Counted from the stretch's first letter, positions 12,568 to 25,194 are shown. The stretch is 64,000 nucleotides of DNA from Octopus vulgaris (GCA_951406725.2 OX597815.1:23808001-23872000); one strand, 5' to 3'. Numbers and translations are program-made. Notes: generated by a model from the sequence alone, not told the origin.

Positions 12568-12854
12568 TATTTATACAAACACGCACACATGCACACACAC
12601 ACACACACACTCACACAATGTGGAGTCTCACAGTTTTTGATGGTACCTCCTGGCTACCTCACAATAATGTCATAACAAACATCACATTCCCAAGACTAAC
12701 CTTACTCTTGATGGTCAGAAATACTTCAAGTCTAGATAGACAGTTGCAGACTCTCTATTAAGCTCGTGTGAGACACACAACGGAATACTGTTCCCACATT
12801 TGTGACACCACCACCAACACCACCGCCGCCGCCACCACCATCACCACCACCATA

Positions 12855-12866
12855 CTGCTACTGCTG

Positions 12867-12920
<54 letters not shown>
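12855..12920. repeat. (CTA)n microsatellite
   Basis: Visible; gives the poly-L and poly-S pseudo-ORFs. Confidence 0.95.
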
Positions 12921-12921
<1 letters not shown>

Positions 12922-13579
12922 ACGCAAACCTTCTAAACAGCACCCAAAAGAAAGACACATGGCTATTTTGTGGCTCAAAGTTACACTCCACTTAGCTTCC
13001 AAAATCTACCCCTTTTGACCCACAGTCACACTGTCTCCTCACTGTCCATTCTGTCGCTACTACAACGGCCTCTGCTCGTCCGAACAGTCTAACTGCATAC
13101 CCCGTCCACCCAACTCTCCTTCTACCACCCATATAATGTCTGTTACTACTGCGTGTATTGTATGTTAGAACAAATGCATATATACTCATAATTGTATGTA
13201 CCTGAACATCTGTGTGTATGTATGGGTGTGTGAATGTGTGTAAGTGTGCGCCGTGTGAAGGGTATAATGCACCAGATTTTTTGATAACGGTGCCTGTATA
13301 CTATCTAGGAAGAATTTTGTTTTTGTTTTTTCCGAAGTAAATCCTCATTTGAAACGTTAGCATGCATATCATTTGTTTATATTTTTCATTTGGACCCAAG
13401 TGTACTATTGATGTGTTTAACGCTGCAACATCCCAAAATAAGCACTGACTTTGTGTCCAAGTGTTTTTTAATATATAAAAAAGTGGGAAAAAGGGGACAG
13501 ACACACAGAGACACACACGCACACACACACACACAGAGGCCAAACACAGACAGCCAAACATGCTTTCTTTCTTTCTTAC

Positions 13580-13741
13580 TTTTCAAGAGAGGAAAAAGTT
13601 AGGTAATTTAACATATTTTCATGATTTAATCGGCTGATGGAAAGCTATCTTCAGTCCAATAACACTCAGACATGCTTGATACGAACCAATGAATAAACTT
13701 CTACATAACCTGCTCAGAAATAGCAACCAATTCTCCTCTTG
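13580..13741 (-). other. Candidate exon of a leftward (- strand) transcript
   Basis: Upstream GTAAGT donor at 13872, a 131-nt intron ending in a T-run plus CAAACAG at 13742, and a GTAAGA donor at 13579. It may end in a short start ORF, MLNYLTFSSLE. No recognisable homology. Confidence 0.25.
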
Positions 13742-14199
13742 CTGTTTGAAAAAAAAAAAAATAATAAATAAAGGTGGGGGCGATACATTGAAGAAAGTAT
13801 TCCTGGATGGACTATGGTTATCTGATAACGATTGGGATGCTTTGGACGAGAGTTTCTTATCCTTCGACTTACCCTTCTTTACTAGTTTATCATTCCGTTT
13901 TTCCCACCCAAATATGAAATAACAAAAAAGTAGTCTTGCTAACAAAATTTATTGCATATTAACAGCTTTATTGCAATTTAGTATTAGTATCCTTTCAATC
14001 GAAATTAGAGGAAGTAAATCTAGCAGAGGAAAAAAAGAAAAATAAAGAAAGAAAAAACAATGCGAATAATGATAATAATGATGAGTAATTTTTCGATCTG
14101 GAAACCTAAAATTTTCCCAGGCGTCCTGAAATTTCTCTCAGGTTAAAGAATTGCGGTTTCAGACTATGGCTACTTGGAACTAAATAATATAGACTGTTT

Positions 14200-14331
<132 letters not shown>

Positions 14332-15821
14332 GGAGAAAGAAAGGAGAGAGATAACAATGAAAAAAGGGGATAAATTCTTTTGAAATTGCATTTCAAACTG
14401 AAATATTAGGACAAGATGAGGTGTAGATAAAAAAATCCATCTTTCTTACAAACGAAAGGCAAAGTCAATCCCCAATGTATTTAAATAGATAAGGCATTGA
14501 ACTAAATGCAAGCATCCTCCGCGTTAAAGAAACGTTAGAAATATTACCGTAACGTGAAACTTAATTTTCTGTTGACAGAAATCAAAAGGGAATTGGGATT
14601 TGGTATTGTATTACGGAATCCCACGTTACGGTAATATTTTCGGGAACGCATTGTTTATAGAGAAATGGGAAATAGAATGCGCTTTGCGTTACGAATTCCA
14701 CTATATAAATAAGATCTGATGAAGCGCAACGCTTTCGTAACCCGGTCCGATGCTTGGACTGTTAGGTATTTCGTGCAATACTGCCCTCCTTTAAGCTAAA
14801 ATATTGAAGTGAAAGTAGAGGCTGGAACAGAAAAAGCATTTAGTTACCTCCCTTGCAAGTGTGAGGGGTTAACTCGGACGAATGCGCGTACAAAACATGC
14901 GATTTTTCTGAGTTGCATGCGTAAACAATCTTGCATAAAGGAAGGCACATTTCAATCTACATCAAACAAAGTTTGAAGAAGAAGGTGCGTTTTAAATTAA
15001 TTCCCTTTTTGAAAAGATAAATGCAATTATTTGAAAAAAAAAAACAAAAAAACGAAGCAAACTGTTTTAATTTCACACAAAGACGCATGCTGAACTCCAC
15101 ACAAACAAAGGTAGAAATATCACAATTGCTATTGGATACAGAGTCGAACAAAGATGCAAAAATTAACGGTTATAATAAGAGATAGCAGTGCCGGTGTTTT
15201 TTAGTTTCGTTTTCTGTGTAATGTGGAAGTTATAAACATTAATGTGAAAAATTAACGGAAAATGCATTAGAATGCTTTCCAAGAAATTAAGACAGGTCAT
15301 ATAGCGAGATTACTATATGACGGAAGACAAAGGAAGCACTGATAACAGTGGGATGGGGGTGATGACGGTTGACGACGATGACGATGAGTTTATAGATAAA
15401 CACTCTTGGCCCGGCTTTAAATGAAATAACTCATAGCACACCCGTTCACGTTTAGATTTGCATATCGTATTATTGTTTCAATTTCAGTTTTAATTCAAAG
15501 AATTCTCACTTGTTATGAATATATTTTTTTTTCTTTGTTGAAGAATTTTATTTTATTTCACATTTCAGTAATTGGTGCCTAATGAATTCTTTGTGAAATC
15601 GCAGAATGTGCAAATTAACAAGTAAGTATGAAGAGTTTAAACTATTTCATAAGCCTGAGAGAAAGGGACTAAAATATAATATATCAAATATTTTAGAAGT
15701 TATAGTTATTTACACTAGTCTAAATTAATATCCAGTCAACTAATAATTCAAACAATAAAAGCAGAACCCCTTTATGTTTAGATATGGGATCACTTTCCAA
15801 GTTACTAAATTTTATTTTGGT

Positions 15822-15876
<55 letters not shown>

Positions 15877-15920
15877 TAATATAATATATATATATATATA
15901 TAATATAATATATTATATAT

Positions 15921-16029
15921 ATATTGAGAAAACAGGTCGTCAGAATTTTGGAAAAAATTCTTTTTATTTCTTCATAATGAAGAAATAAAAAGATTTTTCC
16001 AAAATTCTTACAACCTTTTTTCTCAATAT
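15921..16029. repeat. Palindromic insert between (TA)n tracts
   Basis: ATATTGAGAAAA...GAATTTTGGAAAAA...CTTCAT|A|ATGAAG...TTTTTCCAAAATTC...TTTTCTCAATAT. One arm recurs near 29541-29585. Confidence 0.8.
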
Positions 16030-16042
16030 TCAATTTCTGTGT

Positions 16043-16147
<105 letters not shown>

Positions 16148-17231
16148 AACTCCCGCTATTTTTTCATTCTGCTTGTTTAGGGAAGAGCATCCGGAAAGTG
16201 CCTAACGAGACTGAATTTACTTGTAACGATTTTTATATCCTTTCGCCAGTCTAGGTGTGCCCTGAAAAGGATCACGGGCACTTTCTTTCTCTGACAAATT
16301 CACCACGATAACAAAAAAGAAAAAAACGCACAGTCCGAGTAAAACTTCCAAGTTGTTAATCGAACATAATGCTGTAGTATAAAGATAGGCGAAAACCTGA
16401 AATTGTTTACTAGTTATTCATCGAAATTTCTCTTCTTTTCAATAATTGAGTCGTAAATTCCACCGAAAATTTAATAAGTTTTACTAATCGTTAGTTTCTT
16501 AGAATGGATGGGTGTTTACAAAGTTACCATTTAAGAAAATAAAGTGTATCTTGGTGTTGACTATTTCATTTGTAGATGCTGTTTTAGCCCTAGGCCAAGC
16601 TTTCTATGATTACATTATCCTTTTCTAATTTCCAAGAGAGTTGGGTGTGATTTGAGAAGGTTGTTATTTCTAGCAGATCAAGCGAATGCGTCATAGCTCC
16701 GTCACTGACTCGCGCTGACCGCAATTATTGTTATGAATCGGGGGAAACTTCAATGAATGAATATTTTAATGAGTTTTGTTTTGTTTTCTTTCATTGTTTA
16801 TGACTGAATAAAAAGTGTTGGGTTTTTTTTTATTTTCACATGTATGTAATGTCGATTATATAAAACTTGCTATTGAGTACAAGTCATGCTTTGCCAATTA
16901 ATCGGCGCTTTAAAATAATTGTTTAATTGCTGCGATTATTATTTATAGTATTTAAAAATGAAACGTGACACTTTTTACCTAATCAAATTTGTGACTCTAT
17001 TTCCATTCTCTACTGTTACTGTCGGCAAAGCCAGAGGATGCCATGTGAACTATTCATAAACCAATCAGTTGTGTAATCGATCTGTAAATATTTTGGCCAA
17101 TCACCTTCAGGCAGATGCTGAACTATGATTAAACCCTGTTATCAAGTCAAGCAATCCAAGATGGAATTCATCGGTATTACAACTCCACTGAAACAGATAG
17201 TTATAACACGCAGATATGTTTTAGGTTATAT

Positions 17232-17632
17232 ACTCTCTTTTACTTGTTTCAGTCATTAGACTGCGGCCATGCTGGAGCACCGCCTTTTTAATCGATCAAC
17301 TCGACCCCGGGACTTATTCTTTGTAAGCCCAGTACTTATTCTATCGGTCTCTTTTGCCGAACCGCTAAGTAATGGGGACGTAAACACACCAGCATCGGTT
17401 GTCAAGCGATGTTGGGGGACAAACACAGACATACAAACATACATGCACATATATATATATACATATATACGACGGGCTTCTTTCAGTTTCCGTCTACCAA
17501 ATCCACTCACAAGGCTTTGGTCGGCCCGAGGCTATAGTAGAAGACACTTGCCCAAGGTTCCACGCAGTGGGACTGAACCCGGAACCATGTGGCTGGTAAA
17601 CAAGCTACTTACCACACAGCCACTCCTGCGCC
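17232..17632 (-). mobile_element. tRNA-derived SINE, family A (full length)
   Basis: Complete head to tail match with the other family A copies. Confidence 0.9.
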
Positions 17633-17799
17633 TATATATATATATATATTCTTTTATTCCTTGATATGCTTCAGCCCTAAGGCTGTGGCCATGCTGAGGC
17701 ACTATATATTCACTGTTATACATTTTTACTAGTTTCAGCTTGGGAGCCCGTAGCCATGTCAGGGCACTGCCAATTGGTGTTGCTATATCTTCATTAATC

Positions 17800-18062
17800 C
17801 TCCTTTAATAATTGGCATTTGGTGAATGAGGAAGTTTGATGTTACTGGACTCGTTTACATTTACTACCATGGAGTTGGCTCATCCAGGACTCTTGTCAGT
17901 AAGAGATCCAGTTTTGTTTTGAAGATATCCACACCCACTTCATGTAGATTTCGTAAATCTTTTGGGAGGATATTGAAGAGCTGAGGACCCTTGAATTTGA
18001 AGTGGGTCCTGTATTTTGATGGCAAAGGTGGTATATTTTGTAGTCTGCAATGGTGCCCTGTT
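17800..18062 (-). mobile_element. CR1-like LINE 3' fragment
   Basis: FKFKGPQLFNILPKDLRNL..VDIFKTKLDLLLTRVLDEP resembles the C-terminus of CR1/L2-clade ORF2. Confidence 0.7.
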
Positions 18063-18064
18063 CT

Positions 18065-18716
18065 CATCATCATCATCATCATCATCATTTAGCGTCCGTT
18101 TTCCATGCTAGGATGGGTTGGACGGTTCAACTGGGGTCTGTGAAACCAGAAGGCTGCATCAGGCCCAGTCTGATCTGGCAGTGTTTCTATGGCTGGATGC
18201 CCTTCCTAATGCCAACCACTCCGCGAGTGTAGTGGGTGCTTTTTACGTGCCATCCGCACAGGTGCCAGACGAGGCTGGCAACGGCCACAATCGGATGGTG
18301 CTTTTTACGTGCCACCGGCACGGGGGCCAGGTGAGGCTGGCAATGGCCACGAACGGATGGTGCTTTTATGTGCCACCGGCACAGAGGCCATTCGGGGCGG
18401 CGCTGGCAACGGCCACGAACGGATGGTGCTTTTTACGCACAGGGGCCAGGCCAGGCTGGCAATGGCCACGAACGGATGGTGCTTTTATGTGCCACCGGCA
18501 CAGAGGCCATTCGGGGCGGCGCTGGCAACGGCCACGAACGGATGGTGCTTTTTACGCACAGGGGCCAGGCCAGGCTGGCAATGGCCACGAACGGATGGTG
18601 CTTTTATGTGCCACCGGCATGGGGGCCAGGCGAGGCTGGCAACGGACACGAACGGATGGTGCTTTTACGTGCCACCGGCACAGAGGCCAGTTGGTGCGGC
18701 GCTGGCAACGGCCACA
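18065..18716 (-). mobile_element. RTE-related short element, family B, with eight 5' tandem monomers
   Basis: (GAT)n tail and GTTGGCATTAGGAAGGGCATCCAGC body. Monomers of about 53-66 bp start near 18236, 18298, 18360, 18426, 18479, 18545, 18598 and 18659. Confidence 0.85.
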
Positions 18717-18976
18717 GTTCTGGTTTTAATATGACTTTCAGTACCAAACTTTGAGTCAAGTCATCCTGAATCTTCTAGGTTTATTGAATCTTCTAGGTTT
18801 ATATTCCAATTTATCTTTCCTGCCATCATTTCAAGGAGTGAAGTTTTAACCTTTTGAGTCTTTTCCAGTAGCTAATGTGCTCCATTGAGACTTACCTTTC
18901 TTTGTGTAGCTTCCAGTCCACTTGTGTATTGCATCTAACTCTTATTACAGATGCAAAGATATCTTTAGGGTTTTGT

Positions 18977-19770
18977 ACTCTTTACTCTTTTACTTGTTTC
19001 AGTCATTTGACTGCGGCCATGCTGGAGCACCGCCTTTAGTCGAGCAAATCGACCCCGGGACTTATTCTTTGTAAGCCCAAAACTTATTCTATCGGTCTCT
19101 TTTACTGAACTGCTAAGTGACGGGGATGTAAACACACCAGCATCGGTTGTCAAGCAATGCTAGGGGGAAAAACACAGACACACAAACATATACACACACA
19201 CTTATATATATACTAGCAGTATCGCCCGGCGTTGCTCAGGTTTGTAAGGGAAATAACTATAAAGCATTTTTAGAGAGTTATAGCCAAAAAATAGCAAAAA
19301 AATGGAAAAAAATGATGGTAAATTTTTTTTTGAGATTTAAAAAAGGTGGAGTTGCGTCCCCTAAACAGTTTGTGGTTCGTGTTTCTGATTCTCGACCCCA
19401 TGTCGAATTTATGGATTTTTTTCAGAACTGGGGGAACTTTTCAAAATTTTCGCTGCGTTAGTTTTGAATTATGACATTGGGCTATGTGTGTGTCAAGTTT
19501 CATCAGAATCGGTTGAAAGCCGTGGTCAGGGTGAGGGTACAAGCAAACAGACACACAGAAACACGCACAGACAAACTGCCGTTTATATATAGAGAGATAC
19601 ATATATACGACAGGCTTCTTTCAGTTTCCGTCTACCAAATCCACTCACAAGGCTTTGGTCGGCCCGAGGCTATAGCAGAAGACACTTGCCCAAGATGCCA
19701 CGCAGTGGGACTGAACCCGGAACCATGTGGTTGGTTAGCAAGCTACTTACCACACAGCCACTCCTGCGCC
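18977..19770 (-). mobile_element. tRNA-derived SINE, family A, split by a Helitron
   Basis: SINE halves at 18977-19200 and 19598-19770; the Helitron sits in the internal TA tract. Confidence 0.88.
19213..19597 (-). mobile_element. Non-autonomous Helitron
   Basis: - strand 5' TCTCTCTATATATAAACGGCAG and 3' CCTGAGCAACGCCGGGCGATACTGCTAG|T. Confidence 0.82.
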
Positions 19771-19980
19771 TATAAAAATTTTTTATATCTTATGCACAGC
19801 TTGTGAGGGTGGCTCTTTGTTTGCTTTAGGACAAATCTTAGAAGGCTACTATGAACAGTAATGACCTCAAAACAATGCCCTGTGGTACACCATTTGCTAT
19901 TTATGTTTCTTTGGAAGTGGCCCTGTTAGCTATTACTACTTCTATCTTTCAGAAAGTCATGTAGGATAGAAAGAAGGAGG

Positions 19981-20015
19981 ATTTAACGTTTCGAGCGGAG
20001 CTCTTCGTCAGAAAT
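19981..20015 (-). ncRNA. Minimal Penelope-type hammerhead motif
   Basis: AUUU-CUGACGA-A-GAGC-UCC-GCUC-GAAACGUUAAAU, with palindromic AACGUU in place of helix III. Decayed relatives near 9185-9215, 25100-25135 and 29915-29950. Confidence 0.7.
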
Positions 20016-20447
20016 ATAGAAAAAGGAAAAGTCCAAGGAAGGGAAGACGGAGAAAGAAAATCGCAAACGATACACATGCGGTCACGTGTGTATCACTGTC
20101 CTAAACATCATGTGATGGTTGTAAATGAGCATTAATCTTCCCACAAGCAAGGTTGTTTATTTCCAGTCTTTCATGAAAATCATGTCTATCTATGGAAAAA
20201 TATTACCTTGCTTGGAAACCTCACCCTTTCTACACTGCCAGACATCACCTCCTTTGGGCCACTTCTATTGTCAACCACCACTCTCCCTTCACACTTCACC
20301 CTAATAACTGTTGCTGTTATCCATATTCTTGCCTCTTTTACTAGCTCTTTCTGGCATCCCTGCTGTCATTGTTCTCTCTTCTGTTCCTTTCCTTGGTCTT
20401 GTACTTCCACCCTTCTGGAGGAAAGAATATGTCTTAGGATACTCAGT

Positions 20448-20948
20448 CATGAGGAGTGTTTGAAGGATCTTGGGAATAAGAAGTTCTCCCCAGCCGCAAG
20501 CATATCCCTGTTGGGAGAACGTCTTGTTTGCCGTAGATTTTCCACAGACGCAGGGACAGGACGGGTTGAAGCCGCCAGTTGCCGGATCAGATGCTTCTGT
20601 TCACCAGAGCCCTATTAGCCGGGTGCGGCCCTGATACCGCTGGGTGTCAGAACAATCCACCTTGGGTGGCCCTACCAGAAACCGAAGTCTCCTGCGGCAT
20701 AGCTCTGAGACTCCCATTTCACCCCCTTACTACGATGAGGAGGGGTTGGATCAAGGCTGATCTAGAACCCAACCTAAGCCCCCATGTCTATGGCATTTGC
20801 CGCTGGAATAAGGAGTGGTTGGAGATTACGCGGTCGTTAGCCTCAAATCACCAGGCCTGGTCGGCGTTTGTGAGAGTTACAGCACTGAGGATGAATGAAG
20901 CCAGCTCAACCAACCCCGGGCGAATGCTGTCTCAAGACAAGAAGAAAG
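20448..20948 (+). mobile_element. Short RTE-derived element with 12-bp target-site duplication
   Basis: AGGATACTCAGT at 20436-47 and 20949-60. The 3' part encodes an RTE-like C-terminus, IKADLEPNLSPHVYGICRWNKEWLEITRSLASNHQAWSAFVR, followed by a CAAGA/AAG tail. Confidence 0.8.
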
Positions 20949-21122
20949 AGGATACTCAGTATTCTTAACATTTACAATGTTGGTACCACATGAAGGGCTT
21001 TATTCCACCTTGGACATCTTCTAGCGTGATTGGTGAACAAGCAGATGAACAGTAGGGTTGAGCAACTCTTAGTCATGTCTCAAAGCGAGCTTGACCACTT
21101 TCTAGTGCTGGTGTCACAAAAT

Positions 21123-21505
21123 GGAAGCACTCCGTCGGTTACGACAACGAGGGTTCCGGTTGATTCGATCAACGGAACAGCCTGCTCGTGAAATTAACGT
21201 GTAAGTGGCTGAGCACTCCACAGACACGTGTACTCTTAACGTAGTTCTCGGGGATATTCAGCGTGACACAGAGAGTGACAAGGCTGGCCCTTTGAAATAC
21301 AGGTACAACAGAAACAAGAAGTAAGAGTGAGAAAAAGTTGTGGTGAAAGAGTACAGCAGGGATCACCACCATCCCTGCCGGAGCCTCGTGGAGCTTTAGG
21401 TGTTTTCGCTCAATAAACACTCACAACGCCCGGTCTGGGAATCGAAACCGCGATCCTATGACCGTGAGTCCGCTGCCCTAACCACTGGGCCATTGCGCCT
21501 CCACT
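21123..21505 (-). mobile_element. tRNA-derived SINE, family C, full length with 11-bp target-site duplication
   Basis: Head GGCGCAATGGCCCAGTGGTTAGG...GGTTTCGATTCCC. TGTCACAAAAT at 21112-22 and 21506-16. Decayed 3' relatives near 3325-3462 and 37100-37270. Confidence 0.9.
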
Positions 21506-22295
21506 TGTCACAAAATAATGCATCCAGTACACACTAATGTGGAGAGCAAGTGAGTGGAAATCATAGGTTTATGAGGATCCTTTAGCCTTGTCTTGTCATG
21601 GATAAGTCAGTCTTTCCTGTGCTGGTGTCACAAGAAAGTGCACTAAGTATACTCTGTAAAATGGCTGGGCCACTTCTCTCGTCAATCACTACCTTTATCC
21701 ACTTTTGCTATTGCCCATCACTCTCTGTTCTCTCTTCACCCCAATAACTGTCTCCACCATCCTACTCTAACTCCTTTCACTAATTCATTCTAACCTTCCT
21801 TCTGTCATTGTTCTCTTTCATGTTCCCTTCCTTGGTCTTGTACTGCCACTCCTTTGGGCATTCAGCCATAGAAAGTAAGACCAAATGACAACACTAGTCC
21901 AGGAGAGCAGCAGCTCTTGGTAAGGACTGACTTAAGACTGATGAGTTGCCCAGCCCATGCCAGTATGGAAAACAGATGTATAAAGATGATGATGATGATG
22001 ATGATGACAAGCATATGTGTATATAATGAATATGACTAATGTTTGTTAATGAGCCAGAAAGTAAAGATGACGCTTTAGCCTATCTGATGGTCTATATTGC
22101 TTTTATCACAGCTGTCACATGTCTGTTTTCAGTTAAATACAAATCAGAATAATGATATTTGGTATTATGTACAGCTTGTATATTTTCAGACCAGCAATAG
22201 AAAGATAACATGTATGACATGATTGGCTGATATGTTTTCTTTCATGTGTTGTTGAGTGGCTAACAACTGTAGCCTTTGTAAAATTTGGTTAGTTT

Positions 22296-22495
22296 CATCA
22301 TCATCATCATCATTTAATGTCCGTTTTCCATGCTAGCATGGGTTGGACGGTTTGATTGGGGTCTGGTAAGCCATGGAGGCTGCACCAGGCTCTAGTCTGA
22401 TTTGGCAGTGTTTCTACAGCTGGATGCCCTTCCTAATGCCAACCACTCCGTGAGTGTAGTGGGTGTTTTTTACGTACCACTGGCACAGGAGCCAG
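22296..22495 (-). mobile_element. RTE-related short element, family B (one monomer)
   Basis: (GAT)n tail and conserved body. Confidence 0.85.
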
Positions 22496-22913
22496 AGCAG
22501 TTTAACTTGATGAAACTTGGCCAGTTTCAAAAGTCAAACATTTGAAGGAATTATTGATAACTGTGCGTTTTCCTCTCATTTCTTTTTTTGTGTCCGTGTA
22601 ATATGATTCTTTTTAAAATGCAAGTATATTTTTCAGTATATTTTTTTTCTCAGCTTTATCCATAAATTTTGCCTTTCTTTAGACTGAGGTAGTTCTTGTA
22701 TTTTAATTTTGGTTTTGTAAGGTCTTATGGTTTTGTTGGTTTTTACTGCTCCACAACATGTCCACAACTCCACCAACATTACCTTCATGTTCATCTTCTC
22801 TTTCTGCTTCATCATTATCACCATCACCACATCCCCTACACACTCAACCTTTCCATTCAACTACCAACACCACCTACGTTATTGTCTCTAAAATTACTAA
22901 GCTTTGAAGTTTG

Positions 22914-23136
22914 TACGAGGGGGTGCTGAAAAGTTCATGGCTTTGGATAAAAGAAAAAAACAGGAGGATCAGTTAATTACCATTTTATTCAGCATATTCC
23001 CCTCTCAGATTCACACACTTATTGCAGGGGTCCTTCAGTTTTCCTAAGATCTGGAAAAGAACTCAGAAGGTTGGACCTCCAACCAGCCCTTTTGCAATAC
23101 CCTTAAACCCAGGAACTTTTCAGTATCTGCCTCATA
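22914..23136. mobile_element. mariner-type MITE
   Basis: TACGAGGGGGTGCTGAAAAGTTC ... GAACTTTTCAGTATCTGCCTCATA imperfect TIRs with TA ends. Confidence 0.78.
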
Positions 23137-23251
23137 TAACTGGATTTTATAAAAACACTACATCGTAGTAATAAAATGTATGGACTTATCTTCTCTTTTG
23201 TCCTAAAAGTCCTTTTGCCTAAAACAATTGCAACATTTCTGGTCCCTAGTA

Positions 23252-23486
23252 CCTATTTCTTTACTACCCACAAGGAGCTAAACACAGAGAGGACAAACAA
23301 GGACAGACAAATGAATTATGTCGATTATATCGACTCCAGTGCGTAACTGGTACTTATTTAATCAACCCCGAAAGGATGAAAGGCAAAGTTGACCTCGGCA
23401 GAGTTTGAACTCAGAACGTAACGCCAGACGAAATGCTTAGCAGTATTCGTCTGGCACGCTAACGATTCTGCCAGTTTGCCGCCTTC
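23252..23486 (-). mobile_element. SINE, family D, with 14-bp target-site duplication
   Basis: TCTGGTCCCTAGTA at 23238-51 and 23487-500. B-box-like GAGTTCAAACTC and central GCCTTTCATCCTTTCGGGGT domain. Confidence 0.88.
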
Positions 23487-24519
23487 TCTGGTCCCTAGTA
23501 TCTTTGATGTAGTTTTCTCAATGTGGAAGCATTAAAGTCTTTTAATTTTTTTCAGATGTTTGGATTGGTAAAATATCAGTGTACCTATATTTCAAATGTA
23601 GGCTGTATAATGTTCCATGTTTGACTTTGGTAACACTCATTCTGTGAAAATGTGGGTATTTTTGTTGGCTATGTAAGTGTTCTTAAATGCATCACTAATT
23701 TATCAGTCAAATGGTTGGAGTTAAGTGATTGGATGATGAGTCAAAATTTCAATTCACCAACTGACCAGATAATCTGCTAGGGGTTTATAGAGTAGCAAAA
23801 GAAAGTTCTTTTCGTACAGTGGTGTGGCTGTAGACTGGTTTTGTACGTGAGCATGAGAGACAGAGAGAGAGAGAGGGAGAAGAAAAATGAGTGGAATGCA
23901 AGTGTCATCTGCCATTTTGTAATTTCATTCTGTTTGTACTGCAGCTCATGTTTGACAACAGCAAATGTGATGCTTGGCTGCATTTGTTCCTTCCTCCTCT
24001 CTACTCATTACTGCTCCCTTTTGCTAGAACTTATTTTGCAGTTGACTGATAGCACTATCAACTCTGACTGGTTAGTTTCCTATTGACATTGTCAGATGCA
24101 TTGTGAAACTTAAGTGTTCAGCTTTTTGCTGATGTCACTCAATCACTTTTGGTTTCTGTTCAAACAAAAGCAGTGGCTACCTTCTTGATGACATCAAACA
24201 ATTTAGAGAGCTGTTTATTGAAAATTTTTTTATTGGAAATTACAAATCCTGGTTTCAAATTTCTGGCAGAGAATGGTACAAATGTTTGTTGTTTATAGTA
24301 TAGTTAGGATTCCTTGTTAATTCTAACATTTTTAGCTTTACTACTACTACTAATTATTATTATCATCATCACCGTTGTAATTATTATACAATGATATATT
24401 CTCATATCAGCCCCTTTACCGATTGGTTTCATACCAGGAATTGAGGTAACTCTGGCAATCATCAGAAAAAAGGCTGACACATGGATTTTTAAACAGCTGT
24501 CTCTCTTTATATATATATA

Positions 24520-24792
24520 TTCTTTTACTTGTTTTAGTCATTTGACTGTGGCCATATTGGAGTACTGCCTTTAGTCGAACAAATTGACCCCAGGACTTAT
24601 TCTTTGTAAGCCTAGTACTTATTCTATCAGTCTAACTGCTAAGTTATGAGGAATCAAACACAACATCGGTTGTCCAATGAAAGTGGGGGGACAAACACAT
24701 ACAAATATATACGACACATACAAATATATACGGGCTTCATTCAGTTGCCATCTACCAAATCCACTCACTGGCCCAAGGCTATAGTAGAAGAC
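24520..24792 (-). mobile_element. Degenerate family A SINE
   Basis: Diverged match to the family A body and tail. Confidence 0.75.
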
Positions 24793-25194
24793 TCTTTAAA
24801 ATAATAAGGGTGAAAAATTGAATATTAATTTGATCAATATCAATTTAAAACCAGTGGTCTAGCATATTTAAAAATCTGAAATTTCAGAAAATATAATTTT
24901 TTCTGAAACTTCAGATTTATAAATATATATATATATATATATATTATCATCATCATCGCTTAACGTCCGCTTTCCATGCTAGCATGGGTTGGACGATATA
25001 TATATATACAGTGAAGAACAAACACAAGAGAAAAACAATGACGCGAGGATGTGGTACATGCAAAGTATTAGCAGACACTCAGGGAAGGAAAAAAAGGTAG
25101 TTTTTACTTTTCGAGCATAGCTCTTTGTCAGAGGAAAGTCCAAGAGGAAAGGAAGACGGAGGAAAAATATTGCTTACAATCCACATTAGGTTAC

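Noticed and set aside
12758-12991. Signal-peptide-like or poly-Ser/Leu ORFs
   Set aside because: Produced by (CTA)n and (CCA)n repeats; no homology evidence.
18236-18716. CRISPR-like constant and variable alternation
   Set aside because: The variable parts are homologous to each other, the array sits inside a dispersed retroelement, there are no cas genes and the DNA is eukaryotic.
18118-18754. Three long overlapping ORFs (up to 203 aa)
   Set aside because: All three frames are open only because the GC-rich tandem monomer lacks stops.
21430-21505. Possible tRNA gene
   Set aside because: It is the head of a SINE with body, tail and target duplication, and lacks a full cloverleaf.
20230-21850. 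Similar pyrimidine-rich segments at about 20235-20412 and 21667-21852
   Set aside because: Most simply two old copies of a dispersed repeat; no structure or coding signal.
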